In this document: positions 1 to 7,689 of the stretch, in pieces
Position numbering within the stretch: position 1 is the stretch's first letter
Layout: the number at the start of each line of letters is the position of its first letter
NCBI GenBank assembly: GCA_031264445.1
Contig: JAISDW010000147.1
Location: 1-59,222, forward strand
DNA from: Elusimicrobiota bacterium
GTDB lineage: Bacteria; Elusimicrobiota; Elusimicrobia; Elusimicrobiales; Elusimicrobiaceae
Length of the DNA stretch: 59,222 nt
Reading direction: 5' to 3'
Position numbers and translations under genes: made by a program
The notes under the pieces: model-generated
What the model was told of the DNA's origin: nothing
Databases searched by the model: none
What the model saw: the letters and a program-made list of their open reading frames with translations, nothing else

Positions 1-2
1 AA

Positions 3-770
3 TCCGGCGAATGGCTAAATACGCTTAAAATTGTGCTGCGTTTTTTGGAATTGGCCCTGGCATTAAAATTTTTATCGGTAGCGGACTTGGCGTATCACTG
101 GGATATTCTAAACAGGGAAGTATTTCTGGTTTTATGGATTCTGATTTTTATCTCTCTCGGGTTTTATCTTTTAAAGATGAAAAATTTTTCATTCCGCAGG
201 CTGTTTGCGGCCGCGCTTCCGCTTGCGTTTGCCGCGTATATGATACCGGGTTTATGGGGCGCGCCTTTAAAGGACATAAGCGCGTTTCTGCCGCCGCTTC
301 ATACGCAGAGTTTTAATTTATACGGCAATATGCTTGAGCCGAAATTTTATGATTATGAAGAAGGGATGGCATATGCCGCCCGGGTTAAAAAGCCCGTGAT
401 GATTGATTTTACGGGTTATGGCTGCGTCAACTGCCGCAAAATGGAAGCGGCTGTTTTATCTGACCTGCGCGTAAAAGAAATTATTGATAATGAATATATT
501 TTAGTTTCGCTGTATGTGGACGACAAAAAGCCCTTATCTGAAATAATTGAAAAAGAAGAATACGGCAAAAAAATAAAGCTGCGTACCGTCGGGGATAAAT
601 GGAGTTATTTCCAACGTTATAAATTCGGCGCCAACGCTCAGCCTTTTTATGTTTTACTGGATAACGGCGGCAACCCGCTGGCGCCCTGGTATGCTTATGA
701 TGAAAATATTGATAATTTCATTGATTATTTAAAAAGCGGAATGAAAAATTATCGGCAAACATATCAATAA
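3..770 (+). CDS. DsbD-family thiol:disulfide interchange protein, C-terminal portion (5' end outside window)
   Basis: Frame is open from nt 3, upstream of the listed M at 33. Hydrophobic TM segments are followed by the thioredoxin-fold motif IDFTGYGCVNCRKME (CxxC) and FGANAQPFYVLLD. Confidence 0.75.
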   Translation, partial: SGEWLNTLKIVLRFLELALALKFLSVADLAYHWDILNREVFLVLWILIFISLGFYLLKMKNFSFRRLFAAALPLAFAAYMIPGLWGAPLKDISAFLPPLHTQSFNLYGNMLEPKFYDYEEGMAYAARVKKPVMIDFTGYGCVNCRKMEAAVLSDLRVKEIIDNEYILVSLYVDDKKPLSEIIEKEEYGKKIKLRTVGDKWSYFQRYKFGANAQPFYVLLDNGGNPLAPWYAYDENIDNFIDYLKSGMKNYRQTYQ

Positions 771-771
771 T

Positions 772-909
772 GCCTTGGCTGAAGAATTGGGTGGATTTTC
801 AACTGTCGTAAAATTTGCGACAACTGCCGCCGACGGCAAAATATATCAGGTGCTGTTATTAATATTGAACAGCATAAATTCAGACATGCGCTTTGCGCAT
901 AGATTCTAA
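772..909 (+). pseudogene. Possible remnant of a RhuM-family gene truncated by repeat insertion
   Basis: Frame-1 translation LAEELGGFSTVVKFATTAADGKIYQV resembles the conserved RhuM-family core (from memory, not searched). Similarity ends where sequence shared with 8761-8835 begins. About 46 codons, no start codon. Confidence 0.2.
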
Positions 910-1250
910 AAACCGCCGTGAATGCGGTTTTTAGAATGACGGCCTGAGGTTGTGAAAGTAGTTTCTAGAATGATGGCTGAAGTAGTTTTGCCTTCTCCCT
1001 TTATGATGGTACTAAACCACCCTCACCCGCTCACTGCGTTCGCCGCCCTCTCCCGTCAAGGGAGAGGGGAATAGACTTCGCAATACTCTTCTAACTTAAA
1101 CAGCGTTCTTCGGCGTAATATTTACATCACCATCTCCCTTTCATGATGCGCGATGCCTTTTTTCTCTCCCTCTCCCGAACCCCCACCCTGCCCTCCCCCG
1201 CAAGCGGGAGAGGGAAAAAATAAAAAGGGAGAGGGACGGGGTGAGGGTGG
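841..1250. repeat. Intergenic repeat mosaic locus 1
   Basis: Contains palindromic module 872-902, hairpin unit U4 903-937 (ATTCTAAAAACCGC..GCGGTTTTTAGAAT) and unit U1 1017-1069 (CCACCCTCACCCGCTCACTGCGTTCGCCGCCCTCTCCC-loop-GGGAGAGGG). Also spacer module 1070-1130, unit U2 1180-1214 and an inverted short U1 end 1224-1250. All recur elsewhere in the window. Confidence 0.85.
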
Positions 1251-1319
1251 AAATTATTTTCTCCCTTTACAAAAGGAGGGAAAAGACATACGCTTCGCGT
1301 CCGTCAATAACCTGCCCCG

Positions 1320-1892
1320 CTATTTTGAAACGCTGTAAACATATGTCATACTGTCGGTTTCGCTTTCGCCCAAATATGGGCCAAGACGTTCGCAGGCTTT
1401 ACGCTGCGCCGCTATATTTCCGCCGGTTTTATCCACTATACATTCAATACACGGGGCATTTGCCGTTTCAGGGCAGTACGACCAGTAGCCGGGCGTGCGC
1501 GTAACTATGTTAGTGGAAAAGCTGGCCCCCTCTTTCCACCCACAGGCGGAGTTTCTGGTCATGGACGGGCCCATGCCCCAATAACCTTTAGATAGATCGA
1601 TAATAGTTTTGCCGTTAGAATAAAGGCGTCTGACATCGCTTGACGCGCATAAAGTAAAACCTGACGGGAGGGATATATCCAGATTATCGGCGTTAATGGT
1701 ATATTCGCCGGTTGTAAGGTGGTGGATTTCCTGTGCCTGATTGAGGGTCTTTATGAAGGTAAGCGCCTCCGCAACGCGGCTGTACGCGACTGCTGCATTA
1801 TACTGCGGCAGCGCGATAGCCGCAAGAATGCCTATTATTAAAACAACCACTAATAATTCAATTAGTGTAAAACCTTTTTTGACAATGTTCAT
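1320..1892 (-). CDS. Type IV pilin-like protein (prepilin-type N-terminal cleavage/methylation domain)
   Basis: N-terminus MNIVKKGFTLIELLVVVLIIGILAAIALPQY is the class III signal plus hydrophobic helix. ATG at 1892 is preceded by GGAG at 7 nt; the listed GTG at 1904 overlaps that SD. Confidence 0.85.
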   Translation of the reverse strand: MNIVKKGFTLIELLVVVLIIGILAAIALPQYNAAVAYSRVAEALTFIKTLNQAQEIHHLTTGEYTINADNLDISLPSGFTLCASSDVRRLYSNGKTIIDLSKGYWGMGPSMTRNSACGWKEGASFSTNIVTRTPGYWSYCPETANAPCIECIVDKTGGNIAAQRKACERLGPYLGESETDSMTYVYSVSK

Positions 1893-1931
1893 GTGTTTCT
1901 CCACGGTAGTTTAGTTTTTTGCCTACATAGT

Positions 1932-1960
1932 TATATATCAAAATCAATTCGCCCGCGCAA
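1932..1960 (-). promoter_or_regulatory. Putative sigma70-type promoter of the pilin-like gene
   Basis: Minus strand reads TTGCGC-17 nt-TATATA. The same architecture and flanking bases recur upstream of the second pilin gene (9215-9243). Confidence 0.5.
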
Positions 1961-2014
1961 GTTTTTTATTTTAAAAACAGGTAAAATAAAATAAAGACTG
2001 TAATATAAAAAATT

Positions 2015-2467
2015 ATGAACATAGTCCTGATAAATCCCGAGATCCCTTTTAATACCGGCAATATCGGCCGCACGTGCGTAGCGACAGATACGCATCTGCA
2101 TCTGACGGGCAAACTGGGGTTTAAAATTAATGATAAGGAAATCCGCCGCAGCGGGCTTGACTACTGGCCGAAACTCAAATACGCGGTGTACGATACTTTC
2201 GCCGCTTTTGCCGCGGGCCTGCCGCAAAACGCGCGGCTGTTTTTCTTCTCCACAAAAGGCAAAAAAAGCCTCTGGGACATAAAATTTGAAAAGGGCGATT
2301 ATCTGGTTTTCGGCAGCGAATCCTGCGGGTTCCCCAAACAAATCTACGCCGATTATAAGGACAATCTTTACAGGATACCGATGCGCGGGGACGCGCGGTC
2401 GCTCAATCTTTCCTCTTCGGCGGCGGTATGCCTTTACGAAGCGCTCCGCCAGACGGGGTTCAAATGA
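2015..2467 (+). CDS. trmL: tRNA (cytidine/uridine-2'-O)-methyltransferase TrmL (SpoU family)
   Basis: MNIVLINPEIPFNTGNIGRTC N-terminus and C-terminal IPM..ARSLNLSSSAAVCLYEALRQ knot motif typical of TrmL/YibK. About 150 aa. Confidence 0.85.
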   Translation: MNIVLINPEIPFNTGNIGRTCVATDTHLHLTGKLGFKINDKEIRRSGLDYWPKLKYAVYDTFAAFAAGLPQNARLFFFSTKGKKSLWDIKFEKGDYLVFGSESCGFPKQIYADYKDNLYRIPMRGDARSLNLSSSAAVCLYEALRQTGFK

Positions 2468-3669
2468 GCGCGCGCGGCGTATTTTTTGTACTTTTCTCCA
2501 TAAACCTGTTGAATTATATAGACAGGCAGATTTTATTTGCCGTCTTCCCGCTGCTTCAGACGGATTTAAAACTCAGCGACACGCATTTAGGCGTCTTAGG
2601 CTCGGCCTTTATGTTCATTTATATGCTGGCCGCGCCGTTTATAGGTTTTATGGCGGACAGGACGCCCCGCCAAATCTGGATTGCCGCCACGGCTTTCCTG
2701 TGGAGCATAGCGACAATGCTTACCGGCTGCGTCAGGAATTACTGGCAGCTTTTGGCCGCGCGCGGGTTTATAGGCATAGGCGAGGCGGGGTTTACAAGCG
2801 TTTCACCATCGTTTATAGCGGAGCGTTTCCCTGCGGGCGCGCGCGCCAAAGCGCTGGCATTATACGGCATGGCGCTGCCGCTTGGCAGCGCGCTTGGCTA
2901 TCTTATCGGCGCTGCGCTTGGCAGCGCGCTCGGCTGGCGTCATGTGTTTTGGATTTGCGGACTGCCGGGGATAATACTTGCCGTTTTGGTTTTCCTCAAA
3001 GTTAAAGACAACCGCCCCGCGCCGCCGAAAAAAGAAAGGCCGCCGGTTTCACAATATCTCAAACTGCTGGGCAATAAACCATTTCTGTTTACCTGCCTGG
3101 CGCAGGCAATGGCTACTTTTACTTTGGGCGGGCTCGCCGCGTGGATGCCAACTTATCTTCACCGCTATTTTGGTTTGAGCGTCGCGCGCGCGGGGATTAT
3201 CTTCGGCCTTATTACGATAACAGCAGGCGCGGCTGGCACGCTGCTGGGCGGCGCGGCGGCGGACAGGCTTCTGCGTAAAACCGATAAAGCTTATTTCACT
3301 ACTTCGCTTTTCAGTTTCGCCTGCGCGCTGCCGTGCGGCATTGCCGCGTTTGCGTTCGGCAATTTCGCGGCGGCCGCGGTCGCGCTGTGGTGCGCGGTAT
3401 TTTTTATCTTTTTGCAGACGGGGCCGCTGCAGGCGGCGATAGTGGCGTGCACGGATATAAAAATCCGCTCAATGGCTTTCGCGCTGAATATTTTTATAAT
3501 CCACGCGCTGGGGGACGCGCTTTCGCCCGCGGTAATAGGCCGCCTTTCCGACGCGTATACGCTGAAAACCGCGGTGCTGCTGGCAATGCTGTTTATAGTT
3601 CCGGCGGGCGTATTTACGCGCATTGCGGGCAATTTTTACAGGCCCGCAGCGGACAAGACGGACAAATAA
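2464..3669 (+). CDS. MFS transporter (spinster-like)
   Basis: Multiple TM segments and the MFS loop motif MADRTPRQ. ATG at 2464 overlaps the trmL stop (ATGA); the listed upstream extension from 2428 lies inside trmL. Confidence 0.8.
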   Translation: MSARGVFFVLFSINLLNYIDRQILFAVFPLLQTDLKLSDTHLGVLGSAFMFIYMLAAPFIGFMADRTPRQIWIAATAFLWSIATMLTGCVRNYWQLLAARGFIGIGEAGFTSVSPSFIAERFPAGARAKALALYGMALPLGSALGYLIGAALGSALGWRHVFWICGLPGIILAVLVFLKVKDNRPAPPKKERPPVSQYLKLLGNKPFLFTCLAQAMATFTLGGLAAWMPTYLHRYFGLSVARAGIIFGLITITAGAAGTLLGGAAADRLLRKTDKAYFTTSLFSFACALPCGIAAFAFGNFAAAAVALWCAVFFIFLQTGPLQAAIVACTDIKIRSMAFALNIFIIHALGDALSPAVIGRLSDAYTLKTAVLLAMLFIVPAGVFTRIAGNFYRPAADKTDK

Positions 3670-3701
3670 AAAACCGCCGCGCCGCACGGGCGCAGACGGT
3701 A
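3665..3701 (-). terminator. Hairpin terminator downstream of tRNA-Phe (possibly bidirectional with the MFS gene)
   Basis: ACCGCCGCGCC-GCAC-GGGCGCAGACGGT imperfect stem. A T-run follows on the minus strand and an A-run precedes on the plus strand. Confidence 0.5.
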
Positions 3702-3706
3702 AAAAA

Positions 3707-3781
3707 TGGTGCCGAGGGACAGGATCGAACTGTCGACACCTGGTTTTTCAGACCAGTGCTCTACCACTGAGCTACCTCGGC
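3707..3781 (-). tRNA. tRNA-Phe (anticodon GAA), CCA encoded
   Basis: Reverse complement GCCGAGGTAGCTCAGTGGTAGAGCACTGGTCTGAAAACCAGGTGTCGACAGTTCGATCCTGTCCCTCGGCACCA. Cloverleaf folds by eye, with anticodon loop CUGAAAA and T-arm GTTCGATCC. Confidence 0.93.
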
Positions 3782-3808
3782 AAACTGCTTATATATAATA
3801 TCAAATTG

Positions 3809-4273
3809 CTACAAATCCTGCAAACTTCCCGCAAAAACCGCGGCGACTTTTTCAAATTCTTCCGCGTCACGCGCGCCGAAGCGGTTTTTTGCGGGCGCGT
3901 CAATATCAAGCACGCCAAACAAGCTGCCGTCTTTTTTTAAAACTGGCACAACAATTTCGCTTTGGCTGGCGCTGTCGCAAGCTATGTGGCCCGCGAAGGC
4001 GTGGACGTCTGGCACAATAAAGGTTTGCTTTTTGGCGGCCGCAGTGCCGCACACGCCTCTGCCAAGCGTGATGCGTACGCACGCGGGTTTGCCCTGGAAG
4101 GGCCCCAAAACCAATTGGCCTTCCTTTAATATATAAAAACCCGCCCAGTTAATATCGGGCGTGTACTGCCAGAGCAGCGCGGCGATATTTGCCATATTGG
4201 CCACTGCGTCAGTTTCGCCCGCGATTAAAGCGGCTGCGGCGCGCGCCAGAGAAAGCCCGTTAATTTCTTTCAT
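3809..4273 (-). CDS. GAF domain protein (free methionine-(R)-sulfoxide reductase-like, YebR/MsrC family)
   Basis: 154-aa product MKEINGLS..INWAGFYILKEGQLVLGPFQGKPACVRITLGRGVCGTAA..IACDSASQSEIVVP matches the single-GAF YebR-type layout. The long listed ORF start at 4612 runs into the divergent kor promoter and gene. Confidence 0.75.
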   Translation of the reverse strand: MKEINGLSLARAAAALIAGETDAVANMANIAALLWQYTPDINWAGFYILKEGQLVLGPFQGKPACVRITLGRGVCGTAAAKKQTFIVPDVHAFAGHIACDSASQSEIVVPVLKKDGSLFGVLDIDAPAKNRFGARDAEEFEKVAAVFAGSLQDL

Positions 4274-4282
4274 ATATATAAT

Positions 4283-4311
4283 TTTACCAAAATCTGCTTT
4301 TATGTTATACT
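4283..4311 (+). promoter_or_regulatory. Putative promoter of the oxidoreductase operon
   Basis: TTTACC-17 nt-TATACT, followed by AGGAGG 9 nt before ATG 4343. Confidence 0.45.
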
Positions 4312-4342
4312 GGTAGTAGAAACCCACAGGAGGATTTCCGTT

Positions 4343-4546
4343 ATGCCGAAAATAGAAGTAAACGAAGCGCGCTGTAAGGGCTGCCAGCTTTGCACAAAAG
4401 CCTGCCCTAAGCAGTGTATAGAAATGTCGGATACGTTCAGCACTACCGGTTATTATCCGGCCAGGCTTGCCAAGCAGGACTGCTGCATAGGCTGCGGCAT
4501 GTGCTTTCAGGTATGCCCGGATATTGCCATCACGGTATTCAGATAA
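4343..4546 (+). CDS. 2-oxoacid:ferredoxin oxidoreductase delta subunit (2x[4Fe-4S] ferredoxin)
   Basis: Two CxxCxxCxxxCP motifs (CKGCQLCTKACP, CIGCGMCFQVCP). First gene of a delta-alpha-beta-gamma (OorDABC/VorDABC-like) operon. Confidence 0.8.
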   Translation: MPKIEVNEARCKGCQLCTKACPKQCIEMSDTFSTTGYYPARLAKQDCCIGCGMCFQVCPDIAITVFR

Positions 4547-4560
4547 AGAGGTTATAAACA

Positions 4561-5724
4561 ATGTCAGAAAAAGTTTTAATGAAAGGTAACGAAGCCCTGG
4601 CCGAAGGCGCAATAAGGGCCGGCTGCAGGTTCTTCGCGGGATATCCTATAACCCCGCAAAACGAAGTGCCGGAATATATGTCCTGGCGGCAGGAAGAAAC
4701 CGGCGGCGCATTTGTACAGGCGGAGAGCGAAGTCTCCGCCGTCAATATGCTTTACGGCGCGGCGGCGACCGGCGTACGCGCGATGACGTCAAGCTCCAGC
4801 CCGGGCGTAAGCCTTAAACAGGAAGGCATTTCTTATATGGCCGGCGCGGATTTGCCGTGCCTTATCGTTAATATAATGCGTGGCGGGCCGGGCCTCGGCA
4901 ATATCGCCGGCGCGCAGGGCGATTATACGCAGGCCACGCGCGGCGGCGGCAACGGCGATTACCGCACGCTCGTGCTTGCGCCTTTCAGCGTGCAGGAGCT
5001 GGCGAATTTCCCCAAAAAAGCTTTTGAACTTTCCGAAAAATACCGCATACCCGCCATGATACTGGCCGACGGCATTCTGGGCCAGATGATGGAAGGTATG
5101 TCCTATGATTTTGAGCCCGTTGACCCCAAAACGCTGCCGCAGCCCGCGTGGGCTATCGGCGGCAAACACGCGGACAGAAAGCGTAATATGGTATTTTCCT
5201 ATGCATTGGGCGAAGGCGAGCTGGAAAAAATGGTGCTCAAACGCGCCGAAAGATACGCGCTTATAGAGCGCGACGAAGTTCTTTACGAAGAACGCGACAC
5301 GCAGGACGCCGAAGTGCTAATAGTGGCATACGGCATAAGCGCGCGCGCGAGCATCGCCGCCATGAATATGGCGCGCGCAAACGGCGTAAAAGCCGGCCTG
5401 CTGCGCCCCATAACTTTGTGGCCTTTCCCGACCAAACGCATAGCAGAGCTCAGTAAAAAAGTAAAAGCCGTGCTCTGCGTTGAAATGAGTATGGGCCAGA
5501 TGAAAGTTGACGTGGATTTGGCCGTCAAAGGCTCATGCCCCGTTTATCTGCATGCCAAGCCGGGCGCTTTCTTCCCCGTGGCGGAGGAGATTGCAACGGC
5601 CGCAGAGTCAGCCCTCAACGGCAAAAAAGATCAGCTCTTCAGCCTTGAAGATTTGGTTAAAAACGCGGAAAACAAAACCTATGCCGTCAATAATCCCATC
5701 TGCAAGGAGGGCGCATTGCTATGA
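4561..5724 (+). CDS. 2-oxoacid:ferredoxin oxidoreductase alpha subunit
   Basis: N-terminus LMKGNEALAEGAIRAGCRFFAGYPITPQNE is typical of KorA/VorB/OorA. Substrate (2-oxoglutarate versus branched-chain 2-oxoacids) cannot be told from sequence alone. Confidence 0.88.
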   Translation: MSEKVLMKGNEALAEGAIRAGCRFFAGYPITPQNEVPEYMSWRQEETGGAFVQAESEVSAVNMLYGAAATGVRAMTSSSSPGVSLKQEGISYMAGADLPCLIVNIMRGGPGLGNIAGAQGDYTQATRGGGNGDYRTLVLAPFSVQELANFPKKAFELSEKYRIPAMILADGILGQMMEGMSYDFEPVDPKTLPQPAWAIGGKHADRKRNMVFSYALGEGELEKMVLKRAERYALIERDEVLYEERDTQDAEVLIVAYGISARASIAAMNMARANGVKAGLLRPITLWPFPTKRIAELSKKVKAVLCVEMSMGQMKVDVDLAVKGSCPVYLHAKPGAFFPVAEEIATAAESALNGKKDQLFSLEDLVKNAENKTYAVNNPICKEGALL

Positions 5725-6479
5725 ACGCCATAACAAAAAGGCCTTCCGCTCTGACGGAAGCGCAATTTCACTACTGCCCGGGCTGCGGCCATAGCGTGGT
5801 GCACCGTCTTACGGCGGAAGTCATTGACGAGCTTAATATCAAAGACCGCGCCGTGGTGGTTGCCCCCGTGGGCTGCGCGGTATTTGCGGATAAATATTTT
5901 GACGTGGATTCAATACAGGGACCGCACGGGCGCGGGCCGGCAATAGCCACTGGCATAAAACGCGCCAAGCCGGACAGTATTGTATTTTCCTACCAGGGCG
6001 ACGGGGATTTGGCGTCCATCGGCATGGCCGAAATCGTGCACGCCGCCGCGCGCGGGGAAAATATTACCGTCATCTTCATCAACAATACCATTTACGGCAT
6101 GACGGGCGGGCAAATGGCGCCCACTACTCTCGTGGGCCAGGTAGCGACCACCGCGCCCAAAGGCCGCAACGAGAAACTGCAGGGCAACCCGATAAATGTA
6201 TCTGAAATGCTTGCCCAGCTCAAAAGCGCGAAGTATATTGAAAGAGTTTCATCGGACAGCGCGCCAAATATTATCAAGGCAAAGAAGGCCATTAAAAAGG
6301 CTTTCCAGAACCAGATTGACGGGCTTGGGTTTTCCTTCGTGGAAGTTCTTTCCATCTGCCCCACCAACTGGGGCACCACGCCGCTTAAGGGTTTGGATTT
6401 CCTGCGCGAAAAGATGATGGCGCAGTATCCGCTTGGCGTTTTTAAAGACGTGACCGCGGCAAATAAGGAGGGCAAATAA
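5721..6479 (+). CDS. 2-oxoacid:ferredoxin oxidoreductase beta subunit (TPP-binding)
   Basis: CPGCGH motif and TPP motif GDGD..NN.IYGMTGGQ. Start overlaps the alpha stop by 4 nt. Confidence 0.9.
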   Translation: MNAITKRPSALTEAQFHYCPGCGHSVVHRLTAEVIDELNIKDRAVVVAPVGCAVFADKYFDVDSIQGPHGRGPAIATGIKRAKPDSIVFSYQGDGDLASIGMAEIVHAAARGENITVIFINNTIYGMTGGQMAPTTLVGQVATTAPKGRNEKLQGNPINVSEMLAQLKSAKYIERVSSDSAPNIIKAKKAIKKAFQNQIDGLGFSFVEVLSICPTNWGTTPLKGLDFLREKMMAQYPLGVFKDVTAANKEGK

Positions 6480-6480
6480 T

Positions 6481-7014
6481 ATGTATCAGGGCGTAAGAAT
6501 AGCAGGTTTCGGCGGGCAGGGCGTTGTTTCCGCCGGCGTATTATTGGCCCAGGCGGGCTTGGTTGACGGCAAGGCGGTGAGCTGGTATCCTTCCTACGGG
6601 CCGGAAATGCGGGGCGGGACGGCAAACTGCTCCGTGGTGATTACGGACGGGGAAGTCTCCACGCCGGTTGTATCCACGCCGGATACGGCGATAGTGATGA
6701 ACGAGCCTTCGCTGCCCAAATTTGAGCCGCTGCTCAAAAAAGGCGGGCTTTTGATTATAAACAGCTCGCTGATTAAGAGCAAACCGAAAAGGACCGATAT
6801 CCGCGTCGTCTACGTTGACTGCAATGCGATAGCGGAGAAGGCCGGCTCCCTCAAGGCCGCCAATCTGGTGGCTTTGGGCACTTTCGCGGGCATAACCGGC
6901 GCGATAAGCATTGACGCCATCGCCAGCGCGATGAAGAAAGTTTTCAAACGCGCCAAGCCGGAAATCCTTGAGCTCAACCGCAAAGCGCTTGAAGAAGGCG
7001 CGAAACTGAAATAA
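6481..7014 (+). CDS. 2-oxoacid:ferredoxin oxidoreductase gamma subunit
   Basis: AGFGGQGVVSAGVLLA..SYGPEMRGGTANCSVVI signature of the gamma subunit. Confidence 0.88.
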   Translation: MYQGVRIAGFGGQGVVSAGVLLAQAGLVDGKAVSWYPSYGPEMRGGTANCSVVITDGEVSTPVVSTPDTAIVMNEPSLPKFEPLLKKGGLLIINSSLIKSKPKRTDIRVVYVDCNAIAEKAGSLKAANLVALGTFAGITGAISIDAIASAMKKVFKRAKPEILELNRKALEEGAKLK

Positions 7015-7035
7015 AATTTGTTTCGGTTTATTTAC

Positions 7036-7076
7036 AAAACCCCCGCGTGTTAAAACACGTAGGGGTTTTGCTTTTG
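7036..7076 (+). terminator. Rho-independent terminator of the oxidoreductase operon
   Basis: AAAACCCCCGCGTG-TTAAAA-CACGTAGGGGTTTT followed by a T-rich run. Confidence 0.7.
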
Positions 7077-7078
7077 AA

Positions 7079-7106
7079 AAAGGACCTAGACCAATATAGG
7101 TCCTTT
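7079..7106. promoter_or_regulatory. 9-bp perfect inverted repeat (second hairpin or operator)
   Basis: AAAGGACCT-10 nt-AGGTCCTTT, directly upstream of the -35 of the next promoter. Confidence 0.4.
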
Positions 7107-7112
7107 GGCCTA

Positions 7113-7143
7113 TTGCATATATATATATATATATTACTATACT
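7113..7143 (+). promoter_or_regulatory. Putative promoter with the (AT)9 tract in its spacer
   Basis: TTGCAT (7113-7118) and TATACT (7138-7143) separated by 19 nt, almost all AT dinucleotide repeat. GGAG SD precedes ATG 7192. Confidence 0.45.
7117..7134. repeat. (AT)9 dinucleotide microsatellite
   Basis: Nine uninterrupted AT units counted directly. Confidence 0.95.
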
Positions 7144-7191
7144 AATTAGGACACATGTACCGAGTGTCTAAAAACATAGAGGAGAGAGTGT

Positions 7192-7671
7192 ATGAAAAAA
7201 TACTTACTGTTGCTGCTGGCCGTTTCTTTGAACTGCGGGCTCTTTGCTTTTTTTAAAGGCACGCCGAAGAATCCCGCCGATTGGGTAGAAGTACCAATCG
7301 GCCAGGACTTTTATGTAAATGATGATGATAATTATTATATCCGCGGTATCGGCGACTGGACAACACACGGCACGCCGGAAATCCGCGTAAACCGCTATCC
7401 TATCCAAAACCGGCCCAACGAGGCGCGCACAGTGGTTTGGATAAAACTCAAAAAGAAACTTGTAAAGACGCCCCAAAACCCGTGGGATAATGCCCTGCAG
7501 TTTGCAATCAGCCTTGGCGGTTACACTTTCGGCAGGATACGCGTACGTTTTGACAATACCAATGGCAAGATATGTTATGAAGCATTCGCCGAAGTTCATG
7601 ATAAGTACGGCAATGCCTCTGCCAAGGGCTGCCTGACGGAAATCCCGTCCAACCGGCCGGCGTCATATTAA
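7192..7671 (+). CDS. Hypothetical secreted protein
   Basis: Signal-peptide-like MKKYLLLLLAVSLNCGLFAFF. GGAG SD. No family recognised. Confidence 0.7.
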   Translation: MKKYLLLLLAVSLNCGLFAFFKGTPKNPADWVEVPIGQDFYVNDDDNYYIRGIGDWTTHGTPEIRVNRYPIQNRPNEARTVVWIKLKKKLVKTPQNPWDNALQFAISLGGYTFGRIRVRFDNTNGKICYEAFAEVHDKYGNASAKGCLTEIPSNRPASY

Positions 7672-7689
7672 AATATAAGGAGAAAAATT

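Noticed and set aside
1153-1338. Small Pro/Gly/Glu-rich ORFs within repeat mosaics (1153-1338, 8833-9021, 9774-10070, 9799-10035, 20723-20965, 21051-21281, 25498-25740, 32680-32892)
   Set aside because: Their sequences are simply translations of the repeat units (PSPRPSPI.KGEGE and similar), differ in frame between copies, and lack SD sequences.
2286-3005. 239-aa Arg-rich ORF overlapping trmL and the MFS gene
   Set aside because: It is an alternative frame of two well-supported genes. Its composition (Arg/Ala/Gly-rich) is typical of out-of-frame GC-rich translation.
3809-4612. 267-aa version of the GAF protein ORF
   Set aside because: The first 113 codons have no GAF homology and run antisense through the korD gene and promoter. 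An ATG at 4273 gives the canonical ~154-aa single-GAF protein.
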